Source: Octopus vulgaris
Lineage: Eukaryota
Assembly: GCA_951406725.2 (NCBI GenBank)
Contig: OX597817.1
Coordinates: forward strand, 86,180,001 to 86,244,000
Direction: 5' to 3'
Length of the DNA stretch: 64,000 nt
The notes beneath the pieces were generated by a model. It had not been told where the DNA came from. It saw nothing but the letters and a program-made list of their open reading frames with translations, and made no database searches. How positions within the stretch are numbered: position 1 is the first letter of the stretch; each line of letters begins with the position of its first letter. Made by a program: the position numbers and the translations under genes. Shown here piece after piece: positions 24,551-36,112 of this stretch.

Positions 24551-27500
24551 TACACAAACAGACTTCCTGTAGTTTCTTCTATGAAATTTGCTCACAAGGA
24601 AATAGCCAACCCACAGTGTCCTGCAGTAGGAATGAGCCCAAAACCACATGACTGAAAGTGAACTGCTCAGTCATGCCTGTGCCTATAATACATGAAAATG
24701 ATCAAAAATGATATCAATGTGCCAGTAGAAACATAATTCATGACAAAGACAGTAACCTTGTGTTAATTTTTATTATAGGCAGTACTATGACTTCTAGCAC
24801 TGGTCAAGAATCAATTGAACTAAGTTATTAATCCAAACAGAAAAAAACACAGACAGTGAGTAAGAGGGCTACTACAGTCTTGAATAAGGACTGAGAAAGG
24901 GCTTGTTATAAGACGGGAGGGGACAAAGTATAGATGACAAGCAGAGAGGAAGTAGGTACAACAGTTGGATAGTCTAAAGAAGCCACTGCAGTAATGAAAG
25001 AGACGGAGAAAATTCTGTATATTAATGGTTGCAGTGTGTTTGTGAGCAAATCTTTACCAATCGCTGAAATGACTATATTTTTGAGCAGATGTGGTCTCAA
25101 AGTGTGTATATGTAGCAGCTATGTTATTCCAAATATGTGAGCAGTATTAGTGGAATACATTTGGGATTTGTAGAAGATCAGCAATTGATTAGAGATGAAG
25201 CACTTTCTACTTCTGAAGAGACAGTGCAGTCTTTAAAATGCAGTTTAACACTGCTACATAAATGAGGTTGCCATGAAAGATGAGGCCTAGCATTTGTAGT
25301 GATTTTGAAAGTTTTAACCGTATTATACAGGACTAGGAAGAATGTAGTTTTATCTTTGCTAAGCTAGTTGTAATACATCTTAGAAATATCACGGTAATCT
25401 TACTTTGAGAAATCGCAAAACAATTTCTTGATCCCAATCACGGTTAATCTGTCCAAGCTCCTTTTTCATTTTCTGAAATAAATGAAATAGTTTTAGAAAA
25501 TTCCACAAAATCAATTATCTCATTTTATAAAGTGAAATAAAATAAGAAAGAAAATTATCTTTGAAATATTTACAATTGGAAGACACAGTTTGTCATAAAT
25601 TCACAGTAATTCGATCAAATCGTGACTACTAATGCATCAGTCTACCTTGTATGTTCCATCCACCAGATTTGATACTGAGGTTTTCATTCAGTTGTTTTTA
25701 ACTTGCCTCGAACTCATTTTGCTCAGATAACAAACCATACAGTTTTTCCTATCCACTTATCTTCATTCCACTTTTTGTCTCTCCCTTTCCTACATTATTT
25801 CCACCTTGTCTTTCACCCTCTTTTACTTCTTTGTTTAAAAGTTGCTTATGCACTAACCCATTTAAAAAGGAAGGCAAGAGAGAAAACATTCTAAAATAAA
25901 ATTAATGCAATAGATTTTTTGAGTCTTGAGAAACAAATTCTGAAGTATTTATTCTATATTTTTAAGGTGAGGAATTATGTACATTATTTACAATGAACAG
26001 ATAGGTGTCTTCACCTTGTTTGTTGTTATCACAACATTTTGGCTGATGTACTCTCCAGCCTTCATCAGGCGTTCTGGGGGTATTTTGAACCCAACTCTTT
26101 ATTTGACTAATGGGGTACACTGTTCTCATTCCTAAGGTATGTTGCTGACATTATTTTTCTGTTGATATTATTCAGGACGTCCGTATACTACAAACCAACC
26201 TTCACTGGACAATTCCTCAACTTCAATTCCTACCATCCATACAGTATAAAGAGAGGGATTGCTCAGTGCATAAAACATCAAGCAAAGACTATAAGTAGTG
26301 ATCCTGATACACACCAGGAAGAAATGATCAGGCTAAGAAACAATCTGCTATGCAACAACTACCCAAAGAATATACTATCCAGTCTGATGAGGAAGAGGAT
26401 GAAACCCATAAACTGAGCAGTCTGGCTACCCTATGTCAAAGGCCTCACGTAAAAGATATCCATTCTATATGACATCAGAACAGTATTCAGGAGTAATACA
26501 ACACTTCACAAATATCTTCTCCAAGTAAAACCACCCATAGAAGAGAATACGACCAAAACATGTGTGTACTCTATCCCATGCAGTAGTGGTAGGTTATACA
26601 AAGGCGAATCATGCTTCCCCCTTAAAGTAAGGGTAGAGGAACATCGTAAAGCTGTGTGACAAGAGGGAATGTTGTAAAATCGGGTATAGTCGATAATGTA
26701 TGGAAAAACGGAGACCACCTCTTGCTGTGGGATGAAGTTAAAATAATTGACAGAGAACACCACTGGAAAATACAGAAATTAAAAGAGGCTGCACATATGC
26801 TAGGACACGATAACCTCTTAAGCAGACCTAGTGCAGATATGAATGTAATATGGGAACTAGTATTAAGAAAAGATAAAATACTAGGTTTATATGCCCTGAA
26901 ATTCACTCTATAATTGCCCATGAGCATATAGCATAGTAGATAAGAGACCAGGCTACTAACCCTCGGATTCTAAATTCAATCCAGGCAGGGACTTGAAAAA
27001 TAATATCAAGAGAAAAATTACATCAGTAATATACCTTAGGAATAAGAACAGTATACCCCATTAGGGTTCGAAATTCCACCAGAACACCTGATGAAGGACG
27101 GAGAGTACATCAGCTGAAATGTTGTGATGATAACAAACAAGGTGAGGACACCTATCTATCCATTGTAAATAATAATCTGAAGGAGTTGTATTTGGAAAAA
27201 GAAACTCAGGCCATTGTTTCACAATAGATGTTGATTAAAAGAGCATCTAACCAGAAAACTTTATCCTAATTTCTAGAAAGGATAAATTTCTGTTTCCTCT
27301 TAATACTCAAAACAAACAGTGATGCTGAAGAAGACAAAATCATCCTCATGTGACTGCTCCTTTTGATATCATCTTTAAACATTACCATCTATCCATAAAC
27401 ACCATTGTCTGTAAACACTATTGTTTGTAAACACTGTTGCCTGTAAACATCATTGCTTGTAGACACTGTCATCTGTAAACTTATTTACCTCAATATCCTC

Positions 27501-29295
27501 TAATGTGGTCCCATCATCTTTAAAAGCAACATCATTGGACTTGGCAGCTCCATCTGTGGTTTTAATTAACTCATTTAAATATTCTTGATCAACTTTGTCC
27601 AAAGCAGCTTTGAAGTCATTCTGACCTCCTTGACCCTGACAATGAAATTTTTAAAAAAATAGTAACAAAGTCAAAAATAAAAATAATTAAATTTCTGACA
27701 TGAATTGTTGTTGATTAAATAAATTTTCACATTACATACTAACTGCCACTATTAGAGACAAAACACTTATTCAATATTTACATCTACACTTATCATCTTC
27801 ATATAACGTAAACCTTCCACACTGACAGTTTGACAGGATCCAACATGTCAGGGGGACTATGTTGAGCTCCAGTGTCTGCATATTATGGTTTTTCATATTT
27901 TCATGAGCAGGAGTAGTGGAGAAGCATCATAGCATGTGTTGTGAGGGATTTTGAAGGGTTTGAATAAATATAACAAGAGCAAAGTTTGAAGGAAATATTA
28001 GCCATTTTTCATATTTTCTAGGAGTAAGCAAATATGAAATAACAGTTGCTACCCAAGGACAAAAATTTTACATAAAAAAAAATTGCGAAGGATGCAAACT
28101 CATTGCCTGGTTTAAAACAATGAACATCTAGCCCATTGGTACTATCAGTAGAGTCCACACTGTGGCAAGTAATTAAACCAGGCTTCTTGTCTGACTTTCT
28201 CTTCCCAGTCATGGAGTCCCCTGAAATGAGTCAACAAGAATTACCCCACCAACTTTCTCCAAGTTATTTAAAACATCCAGACAATGATAACCCTTTAGCA
28301 TTCAGATTAATCTGCCAAATGTAATGCTTATTTATTTATATTGTTTTAAATCAATCATGCATTATCCTACAGCATTGGATTTCAATGATGTGATTGTTTA
28401 TTTTTTAGAATGACATTGTAGGGTATGTGTAAAAGGCTACATCTGGCCAGTTTGAACATCATTATCGTCAACATTTAATGTCCGTTTTCCATGCTGGCAT
28501 GGGTTAGACAGCTTGACAGGTAGTGGCAAGGCCAGGGGCAGCACCAGGTTCCATAGTCTGTTTTAGCTTGGTTTCTACAGCTGGATACCCTTCCTAACAT
28601 CAACCACTTTAAAGAATGTACTGGGTGCTTTTTACATGGTACCAGCACCCACACCAATACTTTTTACATGGCACCTTGTTTTAGATTTCAATTCTGTTGT
28701 GATAGGCAGATCTTCTTGCAATGTGCCACATATCTCAGTATCTGTCATCTTTGTAAGGTTCAAAAATATCTGGACCAGATATGGTTGGTTTAAATACAAA
28801 ATGAGGAATAAATAAAACAAAATTAATGCCTTCTATATTTACTTTGTTTACATCAGGTTCCAAAGTTTCATGCCGTTTTAGTCTTTGGTAAGCTTCAAGT
28901 TCTGTTTCCCCAAACAGAAGAATTGGTTCTCCTCTATCACGTAACCTTCGGATAACCTTTAAATAAAATTAAGATTTAATGGACATAGAAAAAAAACAAA
29001 ATTTTGGATAATATACAAAGATGAATTGCCTAATGATATTTAGTATGAGAAAATTCCTTTTGTGATTTACTAATTATATCAGCTTAAGACAATAATCAAA
29101 CAAAACTATTTGCATTAAAAAATGTAGATAAAAATTTAACAGAATTATTGCCACTGCATCAGGTGATTAACCATAAAAGAATTATATTTAGTTTGTTTTT
29201 ACCAAAGATATTTTTAGATTATATTAGCAGACATCTGGTTAAAAAATGTCTTCAAAATTTAAAATCATAAAAAGATTAAAATATGTATGTGTGTT

Positions 29296-29338
<43 letters not shown>

Positions 29339-32300
29339 GCACAAATACACACACATACACATATCTACATCATTTACTTGCTTCAGTCAATAGATTCTGG
29401 GCATGCTTTGGCACTATTTTGAAGGGCTTAATCAAACAAGTCAACCATGGTACATATTTTCAAGCCTGCTACTTATTCTATTGGTCTCTTTCACTGAACT
29501 GCTAATTCACAGGGATGCAAACAAACCAACATGAATTGTCAAGCTGTGGTGGAAGACAAAGAGAAACATACATAAATATATATATATATATATATACATA
29601 CATGTGTGTATGTATGTACACACACACATATACATACAGAGGGCTTCTTTCAGATTCTGTCAACCACAAGGCTTTCATTGATCTGGGGTTTTTAGTAGAA
29701 GAAACTTGACCAAGGTGCCCAAACAGTGGGACTGAACCCAAAAGCATGTGGTTGGGAAGTAAGACAACTGGTGTTGGTTTGTTTATATCCATATAACTTT
29801 ACAGTGACTGATAAGTACTGGGATCGATTTGTTCAGCTAAAACCCTTCAAGGCAGTGCCCCTGTATGGCCACAGTTGAATGACTATAACAAGTAAAAGAT
29901 AATATCATCATCATTCAATGCCCATTTTCCATGATGGCATGGGTTGGCCAGTTTGGCAGGAGCTGGCTATATATAAATAAACACATACTTACATCTTTCC
30001 GGGGTAGAATTTCTTCCTTCTTCGATTCTTCAGGTTCCGAAAGTGGGACATCTTTTTTCTCTATCAGCTTCACAAAGAAGAAGAAGAAAAAGAAATAAGG
30101 CAATCCATTTTATTACCAAGTATCATTACCATCATTTTAACATCTACTTTTCCATGTTTGCATGGGACAGATGGATTTTATTGAAGTAGTTTTTGTATGA
30201 CCATATGCCCTTCCTGTTGTCAATCCTCACCTGTTTTCAAGAAAAGTAATACTTCTCCATGCCCAGACATGTTTTTCACAGAAAAATAGAAATGAACATC
30301 ACATGATGTCAAAACAAGTAAAACACACACATACACACATATATGCATATAATAGATCAGGATTCAAGTGAATCAGGCACTTAAATGGTAAGGCACCGGA
30401 TTGGATTGAAAAGTAAAATGTGTACACAACAAAAATAGAGGAATACATATGCAGGCACTAATGTACAGGTAAAAAGATATTCAGATTATGTATACGATTA
30501 ACTGTACCTGACTGAGTATATTGATAACCCCGAGGCTAATTAAGAAACACATTGTACTAAATGTATGGTCTATAACATACTTATGTATATAAAAAAAAAT
30601 GAGATTAAAATGTATATGTTAATACAATTGAAATGACTGCTGGATTTTTAAGGTGTGATTTAAAATAAAGCTATGATTTTCTTCATACATATTATTTGTT
30701 GTTATATATATATATATATATATAAAATGTGACCTCGTGTGTACCGTTGGCGATTTTTTTCTTCTGTCTTCCCTTCTCCTATGTTTCCGACAAAGAGCTC
30801 CGCTCGAAACGTTAAACCTTCCTTCTTTCCTGAGCGTCCAATAATACTAAATTTGTTCCACGTCCTCGCGTTGTTGTGTTTTTTTGTGCTTTCTTGTTTG
30901 GATTAACTTTATATATATATGTATATATATATATATATATGCATACATATAACATACACACACATAAATACATATATAAATATATTATCATATATATATC
31001 ACATACAAACACACACAGGCCGTTTTTCCATTTTTGCCAAACAAATCCACTCAAGGCTTTGGCTGGCCTGGGGATATAATATAAGGTGCCATGAAGTAGG
31101 AATGAAGCTGAAACCAAATTGCTGGGAAGCAAACTTATTAACAATGCAGTTTTAAAAAATAACAACTGTGATTAAAACTTCTGAAACAACATTTCTTATC
31201 TTTTTAAAACTAATAATGAAGCAAATACATAAACATATTTTAAAATAGAAAAAAACTATCCCTAAAGTCTCTCTCTCTCTATCTACTTTTGTCCAAAATA
31301 GCATTTATGACTGAATTGAGTATCTACTCAGTTGAGTCAGAGAAATATATACTCAGGAACATTTGTCTTCCTATATTGTGACAAAGACAAGTTAGCTTAA
31401 CATGTTAGATTGGTGAGGACAATTTCACTATTTCTCAGGACCACACTCATCTAAAGGCTTGAACAAACATTAGCAACTAACAAAAAGAATAAAGGAGTCC
31501 CTATGTGGTCACTCGGCTTGCTAGAAATAACAACCAGCCAAATCTCCATCAAAATACACTCTATTCTCTTGAAGATGAAGAACACATTAGAGAAGGTAGT
31601 CCTAGATATATAAAAGGGATTCCATGGTTATACTGGAACTCTGTTGATCATGGGTCTTTCTTATTCAGAGTTGATTTTCTTGTGTGTTTACAGGCTTAGT
31701 CAAGTGACTATGTGATATAGTGGTTAGAGTGTTAGATTTTTGACAGTCAGGTCGTTGGTTTGATTCTCAGATTGAGCAGTGCATTGTGCCCTTGAGCAAG
31801 GCACTTCATATCCTCTGTTCAGAGTGAGTACCAATGACAAAGGAGTCAATGGTTAAACCTTGTAAGAGATTGGCATCCCATTCAAGCAAGAATCTTGTAC
31901 TTAACCACAATGGAAACTGAATAAGATCTTGTCTAATAGGGTTCTAAATCCAAGGTAGACTTTACATGTAGTGAATGAATAAGGGCAACAATCATGTTCC
32001 TTTTATAGGGCCTTTATGACTTGTGGGAGGAGTTATTCTTAGACCTGACATCTAGTACATATACTTACAGCAAAAAGATGGACTGTGTCAAATGTACCCC
32101 AAGATCAGGAGGTTATGTTAAACTGGACAATGAATTAAATTTACAATCCATGGACAGGAACAGTCCCTCTGACAGGCTTCTACACAGTTTCTGTTAAGTA
32201 AATTTCAGATTGTACTTGTAAGGCACAGAAAGAGGTTGCTCTTACCTCGAGATACAATTGGCAACAGTAAATCCAATGTCACGGGAACCAACAAAACTTA

Positions 32301-32842
32301 CCAGTTGTTCCCTCATGTGCCCTCTGCCCAAGCTTCTGTCTAGAAAGAATTATTTCCCTGAGATCAGTTCCAAGAACATGTCTGTCACAAACAACACACT
32401 GGTGAAGAAGAGGCTGTTTGAACATGCCATTCCTTGAAATGACACCACTTCCCCTCACTTTTGGTCCCTCATCCTTTCTCCACATAGATGTAAGGTTTTA
32501 GTTGACCCAAAGCTATAGTATAAGACACTTGCCTAAGGTGCTGCACAGTGGGACTGAAAACAGAGTTACATAGAAAACTACTTAGCTACACAGACATTCC
32601 TAATGGAGTAAAACACACCAATTATGCAGTACTGTGAGACTTCTCTCTCATATATATGTATATATATACTTTATTTAAAAGCAGCAGAAATTTAACAAAA
32701 GCTGTTACAAAAACTGTCCGACAAATGGGACTTTTGTTAAATTTCTGCTGCTTTTAAATAAAGCATATTACTCTACCTCTGGTATTTGAGTACTCTTTTT
32801 TCCACCTTGTTTCACATTTATGTGTTTACTCCAGTATATATA

Positions 32843-32875
<33 letters not shown>

Positions 32876-34138
32876 TTTAACAAGGAGAGTAGTGACAGTG
32901 ACTTTGGATGATGGCTTAGCTGGACAAAACTTCAAAATCATTGTCAATACTACTTCTGTTAAAAAACAATAAATTTGTACTCTACCAAATGTATAGAGCA
33001 ATCCTTCAATTTAAAGTAAAATTGTTTTTATTATAACATAAAAACAAACAATATATAGGACAGCAAGCTGGCAGAATCATTAGCACGCCAAGCAAAATGT
33101 CTTGCGGTATCTCTGAGTTCAAATTACACCAAGGTCGACTTTGCCTTTCATCCTTTCGGGGTCGATTATAAGTACCAGCTACGCACTGGGGTTGATGTAA
33201 TCGACTTAATCCCTTTGTCTGTCCTTATTTGTCCCCTGTGGGCAATAAAGAAATAAGTATATATATATGGTAGTTATCTACAGATATGCAATATGAGAAC
33301 TGGAAGTTTTGAGAACTTACCTCCTCATTAGAAGAAGAATTTTCAACATCGTAAGAATTTCTATTATAAAAACTCTGCTGATTATGCTTCGCCAAATCTC
33401 CACGCTTAAAATACTTTTTGCCAGGAACCTTCAAAATGTAACAATAAAAGTTTGCATTTTTCAGACAAGCATGATTCTTTGACAAAAAGGGAATAAAAAT
33501 AAAAATTTGAATATGAAGAAATATTTCACAATTCATTAACAATTTAGCACCACTTTGTTACAGAAGTATATTTCTATCTCTAATAACAGTAGTTCGATAA
33601 TTTTTTTGTTTCCTGAAATTCTAAAGAACAGTAATTGTTTCTCGTAACTTTAAAAAAATGTTTGGTGTTGTGTATCTCAGTCATTTATTAGTGTTCGAAT
33701 ACGGGATACCGTGATATTAACATTTTTTAAATGGAATTAAATTAGTTGCAAGGCTTTGTAGTGTAAAATAATTTCATTTTTTTGAATCAGCAGAAAAAAT
33801 GGATTGATAAACAATAAAAAAAATACAATAAACAATTTTTTTCTTTTTTCTTTAAATTGTTACGTTGTGTAATTTTCTTTAATGTAAATACTGCCGATAC
33901 TTCACTGTGAACGAAATTTAAAATCGCATGAAAATGGAATTAGAAGGTCTGGAATATAAGACAAATAAAATACAGATAACAGATATGAAATCAAATAGTA
34001 TTTTGATACCATCATACTGCACTCATTATATTCATTAAGAGATCATCTTCAAAATATAAATCAAACCCAGCTTACCAAAACCTGACTCTCATCTAATTGT
34101 CTTTTTTTCCTTTCGATCTCAGCCTTTAATAAATCCAT
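17038..34138 (-). CDS. PRPF18: Pre-mRNA-splicing factor 18, complete, 344 aa; complement(join(17038-17127,20655-20810,23148-23219,23723-23863,25404-25472,27489-27635,28843-28956,29993-30067,33321-33428,34076-34138))
   Basis: The translation starts [15 protein letters not shown]. It contains the PRP4-like motif [17 protein letters not shown] and the Prp18 signature [33 protein letters not shown]...[21 protein letters not shown]...PTDPSRSV. All introns are GT-AG. Confidence 0.96.
18611..18860 (-). mobile_element. RTE 3'-end fragment
   Basis: ATCATCATCGTTTAACGTCCGCTTTCCATGCTAGCATGGGTTGG is the reverse of the RTE tail at 46950-46993. Confidence 0.8.
20655..20810 (-). CDS. PRPF18: PRPF18 exon 9
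   Basis: cag|GCT...CAG|gtaag; [52 protein letters not shown]. Confidence 0.96.
21504..21732. mobile_element. piggyBac-like MITE (family A, full length)
   Basis: TTAA on both sides; TIRs CTCTTTAGCATT / AGTGCTAAAGGG; further copies at 28289-28457 and 56506-56718. Confidence 0.75.
22370..22650 (+). mobile_element. R4/Dong-like (RLE-type) LINE C-terminal remnant
   Basis: Broken frame reading [11 protein letters not shown]...[15 protein letters not shown] and [13 protein letters not shown], typical of RLE-LINE C-termini. Confidence 0.55.
22761..23035 (-). mobile_element. RTE 3'-end fragment
   Basis: Same tail family as 18611-18860. Confidence 0.75.
23148..23219 (-). CDS. PRPF18: PRPF18 exon 8
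   Basis: cag|AAA...AAG|gtaag; [24 protein letters not shown]. Confidence 0.92.
23723..23863 (-). CDS. PRPF18: PRPF18 exon 7
   Basis: cag|TAT...AAA|gtaag; [13 protein letters not shown]...[21 protein letters not shown]. Confidence 0.94.
25404..25472 (-). CDS. PRPF18: PRPF18 exon 6
   Basis: cag|AAA...AAA|gtaag; [23 protein letters not shown]. Confidence 0.9.
25950..27176 (+). mobile_element. Penelope-like element with inverted pseudo-LTRs
   Basis: Degenerate RT-thumb ([21 protein letters not shown]) and GIY-YIG-type endonuclease ([17 protein letters not shown]...[10 protein letters not shown]) frames; about 25980-26172 is the reverse complement of about 27000-27173. Confidence 0.85.
27396..27480. 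repeat. 16-bp tandem repeat, 5.3 units
   Basis: TAAACACCATTGTCTG / TAAACACTATTGTTTG / TAAACACTGTTGCCTG / TAAACATCATTGCTTG / TAGACACTGTCATCTG / TAAAC. Confidence 0.85.
27489..27635 (-). CDS. PRPF18: PRPF18 exon 5
   Basis: cag|GGT...GAG|gtaaa; [23 protein letters not shown]...TTLEDIE. Confidence 0.93.
28843..28956 (-). CDS. PRPF18: PRPF18 exon 4
   Basis: aag|GTT...AAA|gtaaa; [38 protein letters not shown]. Confidence 0.94.
29993..30067 (-). CDS. PRPF18: PRPF18 exon 3
   Basis: Polypyrimidine tract, then aag|CTG...GAT|gtaag; [25 protein letters not shown]. The acceptor position is slightly uncertain. Confidence 0.82.
30728..30910 (+). mobile_element. Solo Penelope-type pLTR with a degenerate hammerhead
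   Basis: Flanked by (TA)n; GTTT-CCGACAA-A-GAGC(TCC)GCTC-GAAACGTT-AAAC at 30783-30817. Confidence 0.55.
32669..32763. repeat. Perfect 33-bp inverted repeat with a 29-nt spacer
   Basis: CTTTATTTAAAAGCAGCAGAAATTTAACAAAAG (32669-32701) and its exact reverse complement (32731-32763). Confidence 0.9.
33058..33256 (+). mobile_element. SINE (family 2)
   Basis: Colinear with 7557-7770. Confidence 0.7.
33321..33428 (-). CDS. PRPF18: PRPF18 exon 2
   Basis: aag|GTT...GAG|gtaag; [21 protein letters not shown]...SSSNEE. Confidence 0.92.
34076..34138 (-). CDS. PRPF18: PRPF18 coding exon 1
   Basis: ATG...TTG|gtaag; [21 protein letters not shown]. Confidence 0.92.
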
Positions 34139-34263
34139 TTTGTATTTCAAACGGTGTTTCTTATGAACAAGTCACTTATAAAATTTAACATTGATCACGA
34201 AGTCAAGCGTCATTTCAATGATATCAAAAAGATAGACTTGTACAACAAAAGAAAAGCTTTTAC

Positions 34264-34760
34264 CAATCCCCCACCTCTCCTACGAATGACAGTCATGCGA
34301 ACTGATCATAAAATGGAAAAGACTTCCGTCGGTCCCCACACCCATTTTCTCCTAAATTTGTTTATTTAAAAAGATTTTTTGCCTAAAATCCCCGTTTTCG
34401 GATACGGAAGTCCCGGAAAATTGCCAAAAATCGGTATGGAAGGGATGGACAGAAGTCTTGCCTGTATTTCTATAAAATTTCACTAATATATATCCATTTT
34501 CCTGAATGTTATGAAGGAAAAATCGGATCTTGTGAATTTTCCGAAAGTCCTCTCCCCGCGCCCTCCGTTCATTTGCGCAAATTTTTGTTTTCATATTCGC
34601 TTTCTACACTTTTTTTTTTTTTACACCTAGTAGGCTGGGTTTTTTCTTGTTTTCGTGACAGGGAGTTAAACTGTATATTGACCGAAATATCCTTATCCAG
34701 AAATCTCCCAGGTATATATCCACGGTTTCACGAACATGCCGAGGCCTCGGATGTAAAAAT
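34264..34760 (-). promoter_or_regulatory. Probable PRPF18 promoter and 5'UTR region
   Basis: Locally CpG-rich, with ETS-type sites ACTTCCG (34322-34328) and CGGAAGT (34405-34411). A possible 5'UTR intron at 34175-34263 is gt...ag on the minus strand. Confidence 0.5.
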
Positions 34761-35894
34761 GTATGAAATTCTCGCTTTCCACAAGTGTTTTGAAGCATTT
34801 ATCTTAAATTTTGTAATCGTTCATTATTTTGCAATCAAACTGACAAATGCTTATATCTGATATCGACTTCTCTGTTACTCTTTCTTCAACATTATCTATT
34901 AAGTTTTCTCATTGCAGATCTGCCCCATCCCTAGCTGGCTTTGTGATGATTCCAGAGGGGATAAAAACAATGACCTTCCTTAATAAAATTATAATGGTTT
35001 TTATAATTTTAAATTTGTTCAACACTATGTGGAAGAGAGAAGAATAATATGGAAGCAAGCTCTATTTTGTCTTTTTATTAATAGAGTGAAAAGTTGGCAA
35101 GCTGGCAGCATCGTTGGTACATCAGACAAAGCGGCATTTTTCTCTGGATCTTTCTGAGTTCAAGGTTCACTTGCCTTTCAGTTTTTAGGGTTCGATAAAT
35201 ACCAAATGAGTACAACAATCGATATAATAAACTAATCCCTCTCCTTAAAATTGCTAGCCTTGTGCCAAAATTGGAACGAATCAATAAAGAGGGAAGGGAT
35301 TTCACTAATATTGTTTTATTATTCCTCCCAATTTCAACTTGAAAACTTTCTCATAATTAGGCAAGAATGACAGAAGTGCTCTAAAATATTCAGCTTGGCT
35401 TTTTCATTAGCTGAAAGGGCAAAGCTGAATACTTTAGGGCAAGTAAATTCCCGTCAGGGTCGAATTTACCTTTCGTCTCTGAAACTGACTAATTCAACTC
35501 GGATCAATTAAATTCGATTATACCCATGCCCTACAGAAGAGCCACGGCTCTTTGCCGACGTAAGACGTATATAATTGTAGTCATTTTAGTTATAAAACAT
35601 TGTAATATACTTTATTGATTTACGGTTTCCTTGTTCGTGCTGATGGTGACCATAAATTTGTAGACCTTAATCCTACACGATTGGGGAATTTTCTTTAATG
35701 CCATTTGTTAGACCATCAAATCAGTTTAACAGATATTATTTCATGTTACTTCGCATATTTTACGTAATCAAATACAAACTGAAGTATAATAAGGCTTTTT
35801 TGTAATTAATACTTCAAACTATCTGAATTAATTAATTCATATTTGAGAAAGTTCTGTTCAAGAACAGCGAAACTATTGAGTGCAAAACATTATG

Positions 35895-35934
35895 TGCGCA
35901 TGCGCAAGTGTGAACCTAGCGAAGTTATGGCGGC
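35895..35934 (+). promoter_or_regulatory. NRF1 palindrome plus YY1-like motif at the EEP-gene promoter
   Basis: Perfect TGCGCATGCGCA at 35895-35906, followed by ATGGCGGC at 35927-35934. Confidence 0.55.
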
Positions 35935-36112
35935 TCACCGTGCAGTGTTGTTACGCTTGTTGTTGTTGTTAGTATATATTCAGGTGTTTATTAATGGTTA
36001 GAGCAGAAAACAATAACTTTCCCTCTAACAATATGTTTTTAATAAATAATCATCGACATCGCATCTTTCTGGATTAATCAGCGGTCGCAATAAGTTCCTG
36101 ATCAATGTAAAC

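Noticed and set aside
26917-26995. Functional tRNA gene
   Set aside because: The acceptor stem and T-arm are degenerate and the sequence is embedded in a retroelement; treated as a tRNA-derived cassette only.
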